In this document: one piece after another, positions 47,033 through 57,079 of the stretch
Position numbering within the stretch: the stretch's first letter is position 1
Layout of the letters: every line of letters begins with the position of its first letter
Origin: Bacteroidetes bacterium UBA6063
GTDB taxonomy: Bacteria; Bacteroidota; Bacteroidia; NS11-12g; UBA9320
DNA: 64,000 nt
Reading direction: 5' to 3'
NCBI GenBank assembly: GCA_002428905.1
Contig: DIYD01000106.1
Coordinates: 5,921-69,920, forward strand
Notes under the pieces: model-generated
Databases searched by the model: none
What the model was told of the DNA's origin: nothing
The model's input: the letters and a program-made list of their open reading frames with translations, nothing else
Program-made: the position numbers and the translations under genes

Positions 47033-48202
47033 TTATTCACAGGCAGCATAAACGGCATCTGCCACTTTCTGACAAATATCCATATCCAGACTGGAGGTGA
47101 TAATCTCATCACGATTAGGGCTCGCCGTATGGTCTGCAATTGCATAAGCTGCCGCCAATTTCATTTCCGGTGTAATGCGCTTGGCTCGTCCTTGCAACGC
47201 ACCTTTAAAAATACCGGGGAAAGCCAACACGTTATTCACCTGGTTTGGATAATCACTCCTTCCGGTGGCCACAATTGCAGCACCACCTCTATATGCCTCT
47301 TCAGGCATTATTTCAGGAATTGGGTTCGCCAACGCAAATACGATCGGATCGTTGGCCATGGTTTGAATGTCCTCGGCCGATAATAAATCGCCCTGACTCA
47401 CACCTATAAATACATCGGCATCAACAAGTGCCTCTTTAAGGTCACCGGCGATGTCATATCGATTTGAATATTGTAGTATTTCGCGTTTAGTAGGCGTCAG
47501 GTCTTCACGTTTGGTCGAAATAATTCCTTTGCTATCGCACACCAGAATATCTGCCACGGGGATACACTTATCGGGGCTTTGACTTACACAGCGCAACATA
47601 CGTGTTATTGCTACCCCTGCAGCACCAGCGCCATTTACGACTACCCGTACTTCTGACAAATCTTTGCCCACCACTTTACAGGCATTGATCAATCCGGCCA
47701 GTGTAACAATTGCAGTGCCATGCTGGTCGTCGTGGAAGACGGGTATGCCAATATCCTGCAGGCGCTCTTCCACTTCAAAACTTCTTGGTGCAGAGATATC
47801 TTCTAGGTTCACACCTCCGAATACCGGCGCAATCAATCGAACGGTTTTAATAATCTCTTCCACGTCCTGCGTATCTAAACAAATCGGAAACGCATTGATA
47901 TTGGCGAATTTTTTGAAAAGCATGGCCTTACCTTCCATTACCGGAATAGCAGCTTTGGCTCCAATATTTCCTAGCCCCAGTACAGCGCTGCCATCGGAGA
48001 TTACAGCCACAGTGTTGCCCTTCAGTGTTAGGTCGTATACCTGATCTGGATCGTTGTGAATGACCTTACACGGTTCTGCCACACCGGGGGAGTACACCCG
48101 CGATAGGTCATCGGATGTCTGTACTTCCGTTTTTGCAACTACTTCAATCTTTCCCTGAAGCTTTTTATGTAAATCAACCGATTCTTTGAAAAAATCTGCC
48201 AT
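47033..48202 (-). CDS. NAD(P)-dependent malic enzyme (short form without a PTA domain)
   Basis: VYSPGVAEPC, GLGNIGA, VVNGAGAAGVAI Rossmann motif. 389 aa. Confidence 0.88.
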   Translation of the reverse strand: MADFFKESVDLHKKLQGKIEVVAKTEVQTSDDLSRVYSPGVAEPCKVIHNDPDQVYDLTLKGNTVAVISDGSAVLGLGNIGAKAAIPVMEGKAMLFKKFANINAFPICLDTQDVEEIIKTVRLIAPVFGGVNLEDISAPRSFEVEERLQDIGIPVFHDDQHGTAIVTLAGLINACKVVGKDLSEVRVVVNGAGAAGVAITRMLRCVSQSPDKCIPVADILVCDSKGIISTKREDLTPTKREILQYSNRYDIAGDLKEALVDADVFIGVSQGDLLSAEDIQTMANDPIVFALANPIPEIMPEEAYRGGAAIVATGRSDYPNQVNNVLAFPGIFKGALQGRAKRITPEMKLAAAYAIADHTASPNRDEIITSSLDMDICQKVADAVYAACE

Positions 48203-48280
48203 AAGGAGGCCGTTTTGAATAAGCCGGCGAAAGTGGGCTTTTATTTGACATTATTCAACAAAATAGGCCATTAAATGGTT

Positions 48281-49096
48281 TTAGGCCTCAACGACAAGCT
48301 CTGGCTTAAGGTACCAATCGATTGCAGGCCGAAGAAACGACTCAACCAACTTGTCCTGTTCTTCGCGTATCAACCCTTCTAAAATTGATAGGGGTAATAC
48401 CGCACCTTTCCAAAACGTTCCGATTTCCCATTGGCCAAACGGCAATTCAGGTTTCAAGTCATAATTCAATTCATTGCGAGTGGGATACCCAGCCAAATAG
48501 AAATACGGACACTTTACCATTTGATCTTCCATAGCGAGGCCAAATCCAATTCCAATGTTTTCATTGGGTCGGGTATAGACACCTGTATCGAAATGGTGCG
48601 GCCAGATGCGTATTTCACTTGACGATTTGCAATAAAGCAACACTGCATTACACCAATCGTTTGCCAGTTTGCGGTATTGAATCCACTGCTGCAAGGCGTC
48701 ATGATCCGGCTTTACAATCCGTTCTTTAGAAAAGCTGTATTCCGGAATCTTGAAATGCAAGGCTCGATCGAAGTCTTTTGTTTCAAGTTTAAAGGCTTGT
48801 AATATGGGTATCATTTCCTGTTCCACTTCAACGATTATCTTTCCTACAGTTGGTGTTTTATGGAATACTTCTTGCGCATCGTTCAACCATTCCATATCAA
48901 ACGTTTGGAGATTAAGACTGCACATAATCTTGCCATCCGGCGTTTCGACCCAGCGCCCGGAGAGGCGTTTTCCCATGGCATCAAATTGCAAATTCGTGTG
49001 GCTATCGTCTTCTTGTTTGGGAACAAAGGTTCGATTCACCTTTGCAATCGGTTGGCTTAGCACATGTAGTTGTTGATCTATAGCTGTGTACTTCAT
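48281..49096 (-). CDS. Hypothetical cytoplasmic protein
   Basis: 271-aa ORF with coding-like composition, no signal peptide and no motif I can recognise. Confidence 0.4.
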   Translation of the reverse strand: MKYTAIDQQLHVLSQPIAKVNRTFVPKQEDDSHTNLQFDAMGKRLSGRWVETPDGKIMCSLNLQTFDMEWLNDAQEVFHKTPTVGKIIVEVEQEMIPILQAFKLETKDFDRALHFKIPEYSFSKERIVKPDHDALQQWIQYRKLANDWCNAVLLYCKSSSEIRIWPHHFDTGVYTRPNENIGIGFGLAMEDQMVKCPYFYLAGYPTRNELNYDLKPELPFGQWEIGTFWKGAVLPLSILEGLIREEQDKLVESFLRPAIDWYLKPELVVEA

Positions 49097-49347
49097 AGGT
49101 TATCTTAACGCAGTTAACGTTTACGTTACTACGACTTTTTGGTCGAAACCACAGTTTCTTGCCTGACAGGTAGAGGGAAAAAACTTAGTATCAGCACCTT
49201 ATCACTTTTGGTGGTTTACAATGCACACAAAACTCCAGATCGGGCAGTTTAAATTGCCTTAACTCAAACATTTAAATCCTATAACATTCTGAGCATCTAA
49301 CGATAACCTGACTTTTACTGCTTTGTGCTTTGAAATAACTATTAATA

Positions 49348-52300
49348 ATGAAACGTAAAGCACTTCTTTTGATTGCGTGTGTATTTGGGCTGTATTCGGC
49401 TCAGGCACAAATCAAGTTTGACCCTAAAATTGATGTCAATTTTGTTGCCGATACCGTAATGGTACCGGGAGAACCTCTTAAGTACCAGATCCTGTTCATT
49501 GGTGGATACGACATGGTACAATCTACTGCAACTTATGGTAATGCCGCAGGCAGTTCAGTATCTAAAAGCTGGAACGATTTTATCGGATTTACTCCGGATA
49601 CAACTGGACAAAGCCTGGGATGGGTATCGATTAACCACGAGCGCGTTGTAGCCAATGATAAATTGGGTGACGGTGGTGGAATGACCGTTTTCCGTGTAAA
49701 ACGCGACCCAAATAGCGATACATTGATTGTTATGGAGCAAACGCTTAAAGATGGTCGTAAAGGTGACTTCTTTAACGTTGACTTCGTGAATTATACAGGC
49801 GAAACAGGAATGAACTGTGGTGGTATCATCTCACTAGCAGATGGTCGTATCTGGACTGCGGAAGAGTGGATGCGTTACAGCAACCGCGACATCGCTGACC
49901 GTGATACAAGTGATTTCATCATCGGACAAGGAACCGTTAACGGACAAATTGCTACCTCTGGTTTCCCAGGTTTTAATGGGGAGAAAATCAAGAAATACCA
50001 AAACTATAACTATATGACGGAGATCGACCCACGTGAAGCTGTTGCAATACGCAAGCAGTACAACTGGGGTCGTCAGGCATTCGAAGGTGGTGTGATCATG
50101 GAAGATAACAAAACAGCTTACCTTGGCGTAGACAATACACCTGGTTTCTTTAGCAAGTTCGTTGCAGATGTTCCTGGTGACTTCACAAAAGGTACTACGT
50201 ATGTTTATCGTCACGATGATCAGCAACTACGCTTAAACCACTACTCTTCAAAATTAAATGCGTACGCAGAGATCTCAGCTTTCGACGATGTAAACAATAG
50301 AATTTACTCCACAAACTCAGAAAACGAAGGCGTTAATGTTTATTCCTTTATCGATGGTATGGTAGACAGCATCGGTTTCATTGATTTGAGCTCTTATGGT
50401 GAGGCTCCAACGTCTGTATCGGCGAACAACGGAATTTTAGCTGTTGCTATCCCAGGTACTTCTGTTGCCGCAAACGGTGTAGTTGTGTTCTACGACAAAG
50501 ACTACACAAAGCTTAAAGAAGTTACTGTAGGTGTTTTACCAGACATGGTTACGTTTACACCAGACGGCAAATATGTAATTACAGCGAATGAGGCTGAGCC
50601 TTCAGACGATTACAAAACAGACCCTGAAGGTTCTGTTTCAATCATCGACGTTTCAAACGGCGTAGCGAACGCTACAGTTTCCAACGCCACTTTTGATGGT
50701 GTTTCGATCCCTGCTGATGTTCGAATCTTTGGTCAGCATGAGAATACGGCAACTGATTTATTCTTCTCTGAGTATGCAGAAGGTAGTTCAAACAACAAAT
50801 ACCTTGAAATTTACAACGGAACAGGTGCTGAAATTGACCTTAGTACATACGCCTTCCCAAATGTTGGTAATGCTCCTACGGTTGTAGGTGAATATGAGTT
50901 CTGGAACACGTTCCCAGCTGGTGCAAAAGTTGCCAATGGTGAAACATACATTATTGCACATCAATCTGCTGATGCAAGCATCTTAGCGAAAGCAAACCAC
51001 ACATTCACATTTTTGAGCAATGGCGACGACGGATTCTGCCTGGTTAAAGGTGGTACCTGGAATGATGCCGATAATGACCAACGTATTGACGCGGGTGAGA
51101 TGACCGGTTTCACAAAACTTGATTGTATTGGCGACTGGAATGGCGATCCTGGAGCAGGATGGGATGTAGCAGGTGTTGCGGAAGCGACCAAAGATCATAC
51201 ACTTGTTCGTAAGGGTAGCGCAAACGGTAATTCTGACTGGACTGCTGCTGCTGGAACAACAACTGAAAACAGCGAGTGGATGGTGAAGAACAATGAAGAC
51301 TGGACAAACCTTGGCATGCATAACTTCAATGTGATGCACACACCTCAGCAAGATATGGAGCCAGAATACGTTGGTGTTAGCCCAGATTCAAAAACGGCTT
51401 ATGTTGCGTGTCAGGAAAACAATGCTATTGCGGTAGTAGACATCGCAACAGCTAAAATCACGAAAGTGATTGCCTTAGGTTTCAAAGACTACAGCCTTGC
51501 TAAAAACGCGATTGATGCAAGTGATAAAGACGACTCAATCGGAAACTTCAATGCGTATGCCAATGTATTTGGTATGTATCAGCCAGACGCAATCGACGTT
51601 GTTGAAATCGGTGGTAAGGTATACATCATTACTGCAAACGAAGGTGATGCTCGTGACTACGACGGTTTCTCTGAAGAAGTTCGTGTAGATGATCTAACAC
51701 TTGACCCAACTGCATTCCCGAACGCGGCTGAACTTCAAAAAGAAGAAAACTTAGGACGTCTTAAGACTACAACTACACTTGGTGATATTGACGGTGACGG
51801 TGATTACGATCAAATCTACTCGTATGGTGCACGTTCGTTCACGATTTGGGATACAGATGGTAACATCATCTTCGACAGCGAAAATGAATTTGGACGCATC
51901 CTTGCAGCACAATTCCCAGACAATTACGCTTCTAGCCGTGATGATGACAAAGCAAGTGAGCCTGAGTCTGTAACTACAGCTACAATCGATGGTAAGGTAT
52001 TTGCGTTCATCGGTCTTGAGCGCGCAACTGGTGTAATGGTATACGATATCACCGATCCTGCGAATGCTAAATTCGTTCAGTACTACAACAAAAACGAATA
52101 CGATTTGAGCCCAGAAGGCCTATTGGTAGTTGATGCAAATCAATCTACAAACGGTACGCCTTACTTAATCTCTACAAACGAAGCATTTGGCAGCTACGGC
52201 GGTTCGGTAAGTGCGTACGGCATTACTGGTTTCGACGGTAAGAAATGGGTTGAAATCAACAATACAGACATGAACAAAATGTTGAACTACCACCATGAGG

Positions 52301-53193
52301 CAGTTAATGTTGGTGCTACCATGTTCAACCGTTTGGAATGGGTAACATACGACAAGGAAACAAAAGCTGTTTATTTGACTGAAACAGGAAGAGACAACCC
52401 TGGTGGACGTTGGGCAGATGAAAACGCCAAAGGTGCAGTTCACGCTCCACATACACTAGCTCGTGCTCAGGAGCAAGGTACAACGCCAAACAGCTCAGAC
52501 TACTGGGATTACTACGGTCGTGTATTGAAGTACGATCCTGCTACAGAAGACGTAACTGTTCAAATTGAAGGTGGACCATATTCAGCAAGCTCTCCTTCGA
52601 TTTCTCAATACCCAGAAAACCACTTATCAAACCCAGACGGTTTATCAAACATCACTATTCACGGACGTCCATACCTGGTTATCTGTGAAGACCTGAACGG
52701 TACGTCTAACGGTCGTGTGCCAGCCGGTATCAGCAACCGTGCTTGTGAGTTATACCTATTGGACTTAACTATTGCTAAGCCAACAAACAAGGATCTAATC
52801 CGCATCAGTGTTGGACCAGTAGGTGCAGAAATCACTGGCGCATGCCCTACACCTGATGGCAAGACGCTATTGGTTAACTCTCAGCACCCAAGTTCTACAA
52901 ACCCTTTCCCGTATAACTACTCATTGACTTATGCCTTAACGGGTTGGGATTTGGAGAAACTGGTTTCGGCACACGAACTTCAGAAGAAAAACGAAGCCTT
53001 TACCGTTTACCCTAACCCAACCAAAGGCATTATCAGCCTTGACAAGGTTCAGGACGTAGCGATCTATGGAAACGATGGTCGTTTGATCAACGTTTACGAG
53101 CAAGTAATGCAAGTTGATTTATCAAACGAAGCTAAAGGTGTTTACTACATCCGTAATGCGGAAGGAGCCACCAAGAAAGTTATTCTGAACTAA
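49348..53193 (+). CDS. Large secreted multidomain protein: PhoX-like (DUF839) phosphatase segments + lamin-tail domain + phytase-like/choice-of-anchor-I beta-propeller + T9SS type-A CTD
   Basis: Signal peptide. A lamin-tail-domain-like segment (FFSEYAEGSSNNKYLEIYNGTGAEIDLSTYAF...FLSNGDDGFCLVK, about nt 50758-51030). Propeller-like repeats (MVTFTPDGKYVITANEAEP..., YVGVSPDSKTAYVACQENNAIAVVDIATAKI, GDIDGDGDYDQIYSYGARSFTIWDTDGN). A PhoX-family C-terminal signature NPDGLSNITIHGRPYLVICEDLNG. The C-terminus (FTVYPNPTKGIISLDKVQDVAIYGNDGRLINVYE...GVYYIRNAEGATKKVILN) fits the T9SS CTD. Confidence 0.6.
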   Translation: MKRKALLLIACVFGLYSAQAQIKFDPKIDVNFVADTVMVPGEPLKYQILFIGGYDMVQSTATYGNAAGSSVSKSWNDFIGFTPDTTGQSLGWVSINHERVVANDKLGDGGGMTVFRVKRDPNSDTLIVMEQTLKDGRKGDFFNVDFVNYTGETGMNCGGIISLADGRIWTAEEWMRYSNRDIADRDTSDFIIGQGTVNGQIATSGFPGFNGEKIKKYQNYNYMTEIDPREAVAIRKQYNWGRQAFEGGVIMEDNKTAYLGVDNTPGFFSKFVADVPGDFTKGTTYVYRHDDQQLRLNHYSSKLNAYAEISAFDDVNNRIYSTNSENEGVNVYSFIDGMVDSIGFIDLSSYGEAPTSVSANNGILAVAIPGTSVAANGVVVFYDKDYTKLKEVTVGVLPDMVTFTPDGKYVITANEAEPSDDYKTDPEGSVSIIDVSNGVANATVSNATFDGVSIPADVRIFGQHENTATDLFFSEYAEGSSNNKYLEIYNGTGAEIDLSTYAFPNVGNAPTVVGEYEFWNTFPAGAKVANGETYIIAHQSADASILAKANHTFTFLSNGDDGFCLVKGGTWNDADNDQRIDAGEMTGFTKLDCIGDWNGDPGAGWDVAGVAEATKDHTLVRKGSANGNSDWTAAAGTTTENSEWMVKNNEDWTNLGMHNFNVMHTPQQDMEPEYVGVSPDSKTAYVACQENNAIAVVDIATAKITKVIALGFKDYSLAKNAIDASDKDDSIGNFNAYANVFGMYQPDAIDVVEIGGKVYIITANEGDARDYDGFSEEVRVDDLTLDPTAFPNAAELQKEENLGRLKTTTTLGDIDGDGDYDQIYSYGARSFTIWDTDGNIIFDSENEFGRILAAQFPDNYASSRDDDKASEPESVTTATIDGKVFAFIGLERATGVMVYDITDPANAKFVQYYNKNEYDLSPEGLLVVDANQSTNGTPYLISTNEAFGSYGGSVSAYGITGFDGKKWVEINNTDMNKMLNYHHEAVNVGATMFNRLEWVTYDKETKAVYLTETGRDNPGGRWADENAKGAVHAPHTLARAQEQGTTPNSSDYWDYYGRVLKYDPATEDVTVQIEGGPYSASSPSISQYPENHLSNPDGLSNITIHGRPYLVICEDLNGTSNGRVPAGISNRACELYLLDLTIAKPTNKDLIRISVGPVGAEITGACPTPDGKTLLVNSQHPSSTNPFPYNYSLTYALTGWDLEKLVSAHELQKKNEAFTVYPNPTKGIISLDKVQDVAIYGNDGRLINVYEQVMQVDLSNEAKGVYYIRNAEGATKKVILN

Positions 53194-53223
53194 TCGCATC
53201 TTGTTTACGTATAAGTTTTTTCA

Positions 53224-53255
53224 GCCAGGGCAGTATGCCCTGGCTTTTCCTTTTT
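53224..53255 (+). terminator. Rho-independent terminator after the 1281-aa T9SS cargo gene
   Basis: GCCAGGGC agtat GCCCTGGC hairpin followed by TTTTCCTTTTT. Confidence 0.75.
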
Positions 53256-53266
53256 AATTCATCAAC

Positions 53267-55063
53267 ATGAAACGCAGGTTTTCTATCCTATTCTTTGCCG
53301 CAGTCATTGCATGTATGGTTGCATTTACACCTAAATTAACCACCAATACTGATTTCAACACGAAGTATTACGGTCAGATTGATCAACTGATCAATCAACT
53401 AAACCAGTTGCAAAACGATATTCCGAATTTCGAAACTAACTATACCGAATGTCGTAAAGCGTTTAAGCGTCTGGAGTTTCTTTTGGCCCATTTAGATCGA
53501 TCGTTTTATGCCAAGCATATTAATGGCGCACCGTTGCCTAAACTTGAAAAAAATGTACCGGATATTCGCATTATCGAACCCCATGGTTTTCAGGTTATAG
53601 ATGAATTAAGTGGCGCAACATCTACCGAAGAAATTAAATTACTCAAATCGGAAATCAGCCGATTGAGCACCAAGCTTAACCAATGGAAAACCATGCATTC
53701 GAGCATGAATCATACGAACGAGATTCTATTACAAGCCGTTCAATATCAACTGATAAGAATTTACACCCTGGGGCTTACCGGGTTTGATACACCAGGGAGT
53801 TTACAAGGTGTTTCCGATGCCTACTACAGTATACAAGGGCTACATGACTACCTGGCATTGTCCGACCTAAAATCAACCAAATCGGTTCAATCCCTTTTTG
53901 AGAAAAACATCATTTATCTTGGTAGACATACAGACTTCGAGGCCTTTGATCGGGCTGAATACTACAAGCTGTATTGGCAGCCGTTATACCGTGAAGTTCT
54001 TAAATTATACGAACTAAATCAGGTTCGAAACTGGAACCAATCCCATGTTAAACCTGTTGAAGTAAATGCCACGGCTGAACATCTTTTTAGCGACGACTGG
54101 TTCAACCGACAAGCCTTTTTGGACTTTAATGAGCAAGACCTGCGGCCAAAAACCGTCGCCCTGGGCAAGGCCTTATTTTTTGACCCAAAATTATCGGCGA
54201 ATGGAAAAATGGCGTGTGCTACCTGTCACCAACCTTCTAAAGGTTTCAGTGATGGGCTGGCTAAGAGTACTACGATTTCTGGCGAAGGTACTGTCTTGCG
54301 TAATTCACCCGGGCTGGTAAACAGTTTGTACGCCAAAGGTTTCTTCTACGATTTGCGTGCTGAACATCTCTCTCAACAATTTGAGCATGTCATATTCAGT
54401 GAGGATGAATTCAATACGTCGTTTGTTGGTATACTCGACCAGCTAAAGGAGACGAAATACCGCCAGCTGTTTACAGACGCATTTCCGGGTCATGCCAGAA
54501 ATCCGGTTAACCCATATACTTTCAAGGTGGCATTGTCCTCTTACATCGCATCCTTAAGCGACTTTAACTCCGAATTTGATCGGTACATGCGTAATGAAGA
54601 CATCGCCATTGACTCGTCGGTTATCGCCGGATATAATCTGTTTACAGGCAAAGCCGCATGTGCAACATGTCACTTCCTACCGACATTTTCGGGTTTAGTA
54701 CCTCCGTTTTACGATGATTCCGAAACGGAAGTATTGGGTGTTCCGGCTACCAGGGATTACAAGGTCATTGACCAGGATCCAGGTCGATATACAAAACAAA
54801 AACCCAAAGAACTTGTCGGTTTTTACCAGAATTCATTCAAAACCACTACAGTTCGTAATGCTTCTCAAACCGCTCCCTATATGCACAACGGTGTATTTAC
54901 AGAGCTCGAAGAAGTGCTGGAGTTCTACAACAATGGTGGGGGCCTTGGTCATGGACTGCATGTACCCAACCAAACATTAGCTGGTGATAGCCTAAACCTA
55001 AATGATCTGGAACTGACTCAACTCCAACAGTTTATGGAAGCATTAGAACATAGTCTGAACTAG
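53267..55063 (+). CDS. Di-haem cytochrome c peroxidase (CCP/MauG family) with a ~270-aa N-terminal extension
   Basis: Two CxxCH haem-binding sites (GKMACATCHQPSKGFSDG and GKAACATCHFLPTFSG) and the conserved C-terminal region APYMHNGVF. Confidence 0.8.
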   Translation: MKRRFSILFFAAVIACMVAFTPKLTTNTDFNTKYYGQIDQLINQLNQLQNDIPNFETNYTECRKAFKRLEFLLAHLDRSFYAKHINGAPLPKLEKNVPDIRIIEPHGFQVIDELSGATSTEEIKLLKSEISRLSTKLNQWKTMHSSMNHTNEILLQAVQYQLIRIYTLGLTGFDTPGSLQGVSDAYYSIQGLHDYLALSDLKSTKSVQSLFEKNIIYLGRHTDFEAFDRAEYYKLYWQPLYREVLKLYELNQVRNWNQSHVKPVEVNATAEHLFSDDWFNRQAFLDFNEQDLRPKTVALGKALFFDPKLSANGKMACATCHQPSKGFSDGLAKSTTISGEGTVLRNSPGLVNSLYAKGFFYDLRAEHLSQQFEHVIFSEDEFNTSFVGILDQLKETKYRQLFTDAFPGHARNPVNPYTFKVALSSYIASLSDFNSEFDRYMRNEDIAIDSSVIAGYNLFTGKAACATCHFLPTFSGLVPPFYDDSETEVLGVPATRDYKVIDQDPGRYTKQKPKELVGFYQNSFKTTTVRNASQTAPYMHNGVFTELEEVLEFYNNGGGLGHGLHVPNQTLAGDSLNLNDLELTQLQQFMEALEHSLN

Positions 55064-55232
55064 GTGTTTTAACATTTAATTAACCAAAGCTTAGCAATTT
55101 TATAGACTTGCCTTGAGGAATTCGTAATCCTTCCGTTATCTCGACATAAACTGGTGGTCTGACCTTTGTTGTTATGTTGATGCGATTATTCATACGGTTC
55201 TTATTTCAGAGCTATTACCACCTTATTCGAAA

Positions 55233-56075
55233 ATGAAGCGACGTAAGGTAGAACTTGTGGTACTCTCCGATATTCATCTGGGCACCTACGGAAGCCGGGC
55301 GAAGGAAGTATTGCAATACTTAAAGAGTATCAAACCTAAAACGTTGATTCTCAACGGTGACATCATTGATGTATGGCAGTTTAAGAAGAAATACTGGCCA
55401 AGCTCGCATACCAAGGTATTGAAAGAAGTACTTAATCTGGCATCCAAAGGAAGTCAGATTCACTTCTTACCCGGTAATCACGACGAAGTGTTCAGAAGAT
55501 TTGTGGGATATAAACTGGGCAACATTAGCATTGAAAACAAGGTAATTCTGAATCTTGATGGTAAAAAAGCATGGTTCTTCCACGGCGATGTCTTCGATGT
55601 AACCATGCAACACTCCCGTTGGTTAACAAAGCTCGGATCTGTTAGTTATGACCTCCTTATCTGGATGAACTATCGCGTTAATCAGTTCTTGGAATTTTTA
55701 GGTAAAGAGCGAATTTCCTTTTCAAAGAAGGTAAAAAATGGAGTGAAGAGCGCGGTGAAATACATCAACCAGTTTGAGGAAATCTGTGCCGACATTGCAA
55801 TACACAAGGAATACGACTACGTTGTTTGCGGTCACATTCATCAGCCGGAAATTCGCGAAATAGAAACGCGCAAGGGCAACGTTTTGTACTTGAACAGTGG
55901 CGATTGGATTGAGAATCTCTCTGCACTGGAATACGATAAAAAGCAATGGACGATTTATTATCATGATGAATCGACCGATGCTCAGCCGCAAGAAGAAGAT
56001 TCTGCCGACATGGATCACAAAATGCTGTTCCAACAAATGTTGAAGGAGTTTCAAATTGAAACAATCGATCGATGA
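55233..56075 (+). CDS. LpxH-like metallophosphoesterase (UDP-2,3-diacylglucosamine diphosphatase family)
   Basis: VVLSDIHLG, LILNGDIIDVW, LPGNHDE, FFHGDVFD and VCGHIHQPE are collinear with the LpxH metal-binding motifs. Confidence 0.7.
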   Translation: MKRRKVELVVLSDIHLGTYGSRAKEVLQYLKSIKPKTLILNGDIIDVWQFKKKYWPSSHTKVLKEVLNLASKGSQIHFLPGNHDEVFRRFVGYKLGNISIENKVILNLDGKKAWFFHGDVFDVTMQHSRWLTKLGSVSYDLLIWMNYRVNQFLEFLGKERISFSKKVKNGVKSAVKYINQFEEICADIAIHKEYDYVVCGHIHQPEIREIETRKGNVLYLNSGDWIENLSALEYDKKQWTIYYHDESTDAQPQEEDSADMDHKMLFQQMLKEFQIETIDR

Positions 56076-57079
56076 AAATCCTATATGGCATACAGTGCAC
56101 TGGAAATGGCCATATAACACGGTCGATTGACCTCGTAAACGAGTTAAAAAAATACGCTCAGGTAGATGTATTAACAAGCGGGACACATTCTGAAGTATCC
56201 CTCCCCTTTGGCATAAAATACCCGCTTAAAGGTCTCGCGTACTACTTCGGTCGAAACGGTAGTTTCGACGTGGTTCGAACCCTATTCAGCAACAACTTCT
56301 TTCGGTTTATGAAAGAAGTAAACGACTTGCCCATTGAAGAGTACAATCTCGTTATTTCAGATTTTGAACCAATCAGTTCCTGGTCGGCACGAAAAAAAAA
56401 GGTGTACAGCGTAGCGTTGAGCAATCAGGCTTCGCTGGTTCATCCCAAGGTACCCAAACCCAAAACGGTCAACCCAATTTCTAAATGGATCATTAAATCG
56501 TTCTGTCCGTCCAATGCCAAATACGGCCTTTTCTACTCTAAGTTCGACAGTTCGTTGTTTTACCCACCAATTCGAAAAGAAGTCAAGGATTTAACGCCGA
56601 CTTCAGGCGATTACTACGTGGTATACCTCCCCTTTTATGGTGACGATCGTATTGTGGAAATACTTGGCACCTTTTCAAACACCACCTGGAAGGTGTTTTC
56701 TAAGCATGCAACGACGCGTAAGATATATGGCAATGTGGATGTTCGCCCTATATCGGACAAAACCTTCCTAAAAGCCATCGAACATTGCAAAGGTGTACTT
56801 TGCAGTGCCGGATTCGGTACTACTTCCGAAGCCCTCTATCTCAAGAAAAAACTTCTGGTTATACCCATGAAAAGTCAGTACGAACAATTGTGCAATGCGC
56901 ACGCATTGGAACAATTTGGTGTACCATCTATTCGCTCATTAAATCACTCTAATCTAGAACGTATTGGTGACTGGTTAGCAGAGGACACAATTCCGGAAGT
57001 TCATTTTCGAGATGAAAAACGATCAATTGTACAGAAGATACTAACGGACTATATATCACACGTTGAAACCACTGCATAG
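56072..57079 (+). CDS. GT-B glycosyltransferase (MGT/GT28-like; MJ1255/TIGR00661-type)
   Basis: N-terminus MKILYGIQCTGNGHITRSIDLV and C-terminal donor-binding region (SAGFGTTSEALYLKKKLLVIPMKSQYEQLCNA). ATGA overlap with the upstream gene. Confidence 0.6.
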   Translation: MKILYGIQCTGNGHITRSIDLVNELKKYAQVDVLTSGTHSEVSLPFGIKYPLKGLAYYFGRNGSFDVVRTLFSNNFFRFMKEVNDLPIEEYNLVISDFEPISSWSARKKKVYSVALSNQASLVHPKVPKPKTVNPISKWIIKSFCPSNAKYGLFYSKFDSSLFYPPIRKEVKDLTPTSGDYYVVYLPFYGDDRIVEILGTFSNTTWKVFSKHATTRKIYGNVDVRPISDKTFLKAIEHCKGVLCSAGFGTTSEALYLKKKLLVIPMKSQYEQLCNAHALEQFGVPSIRSLNHSNLERIGDWLAEDTIPEVHFRDEKRSIVQKILTDYISHVETTA

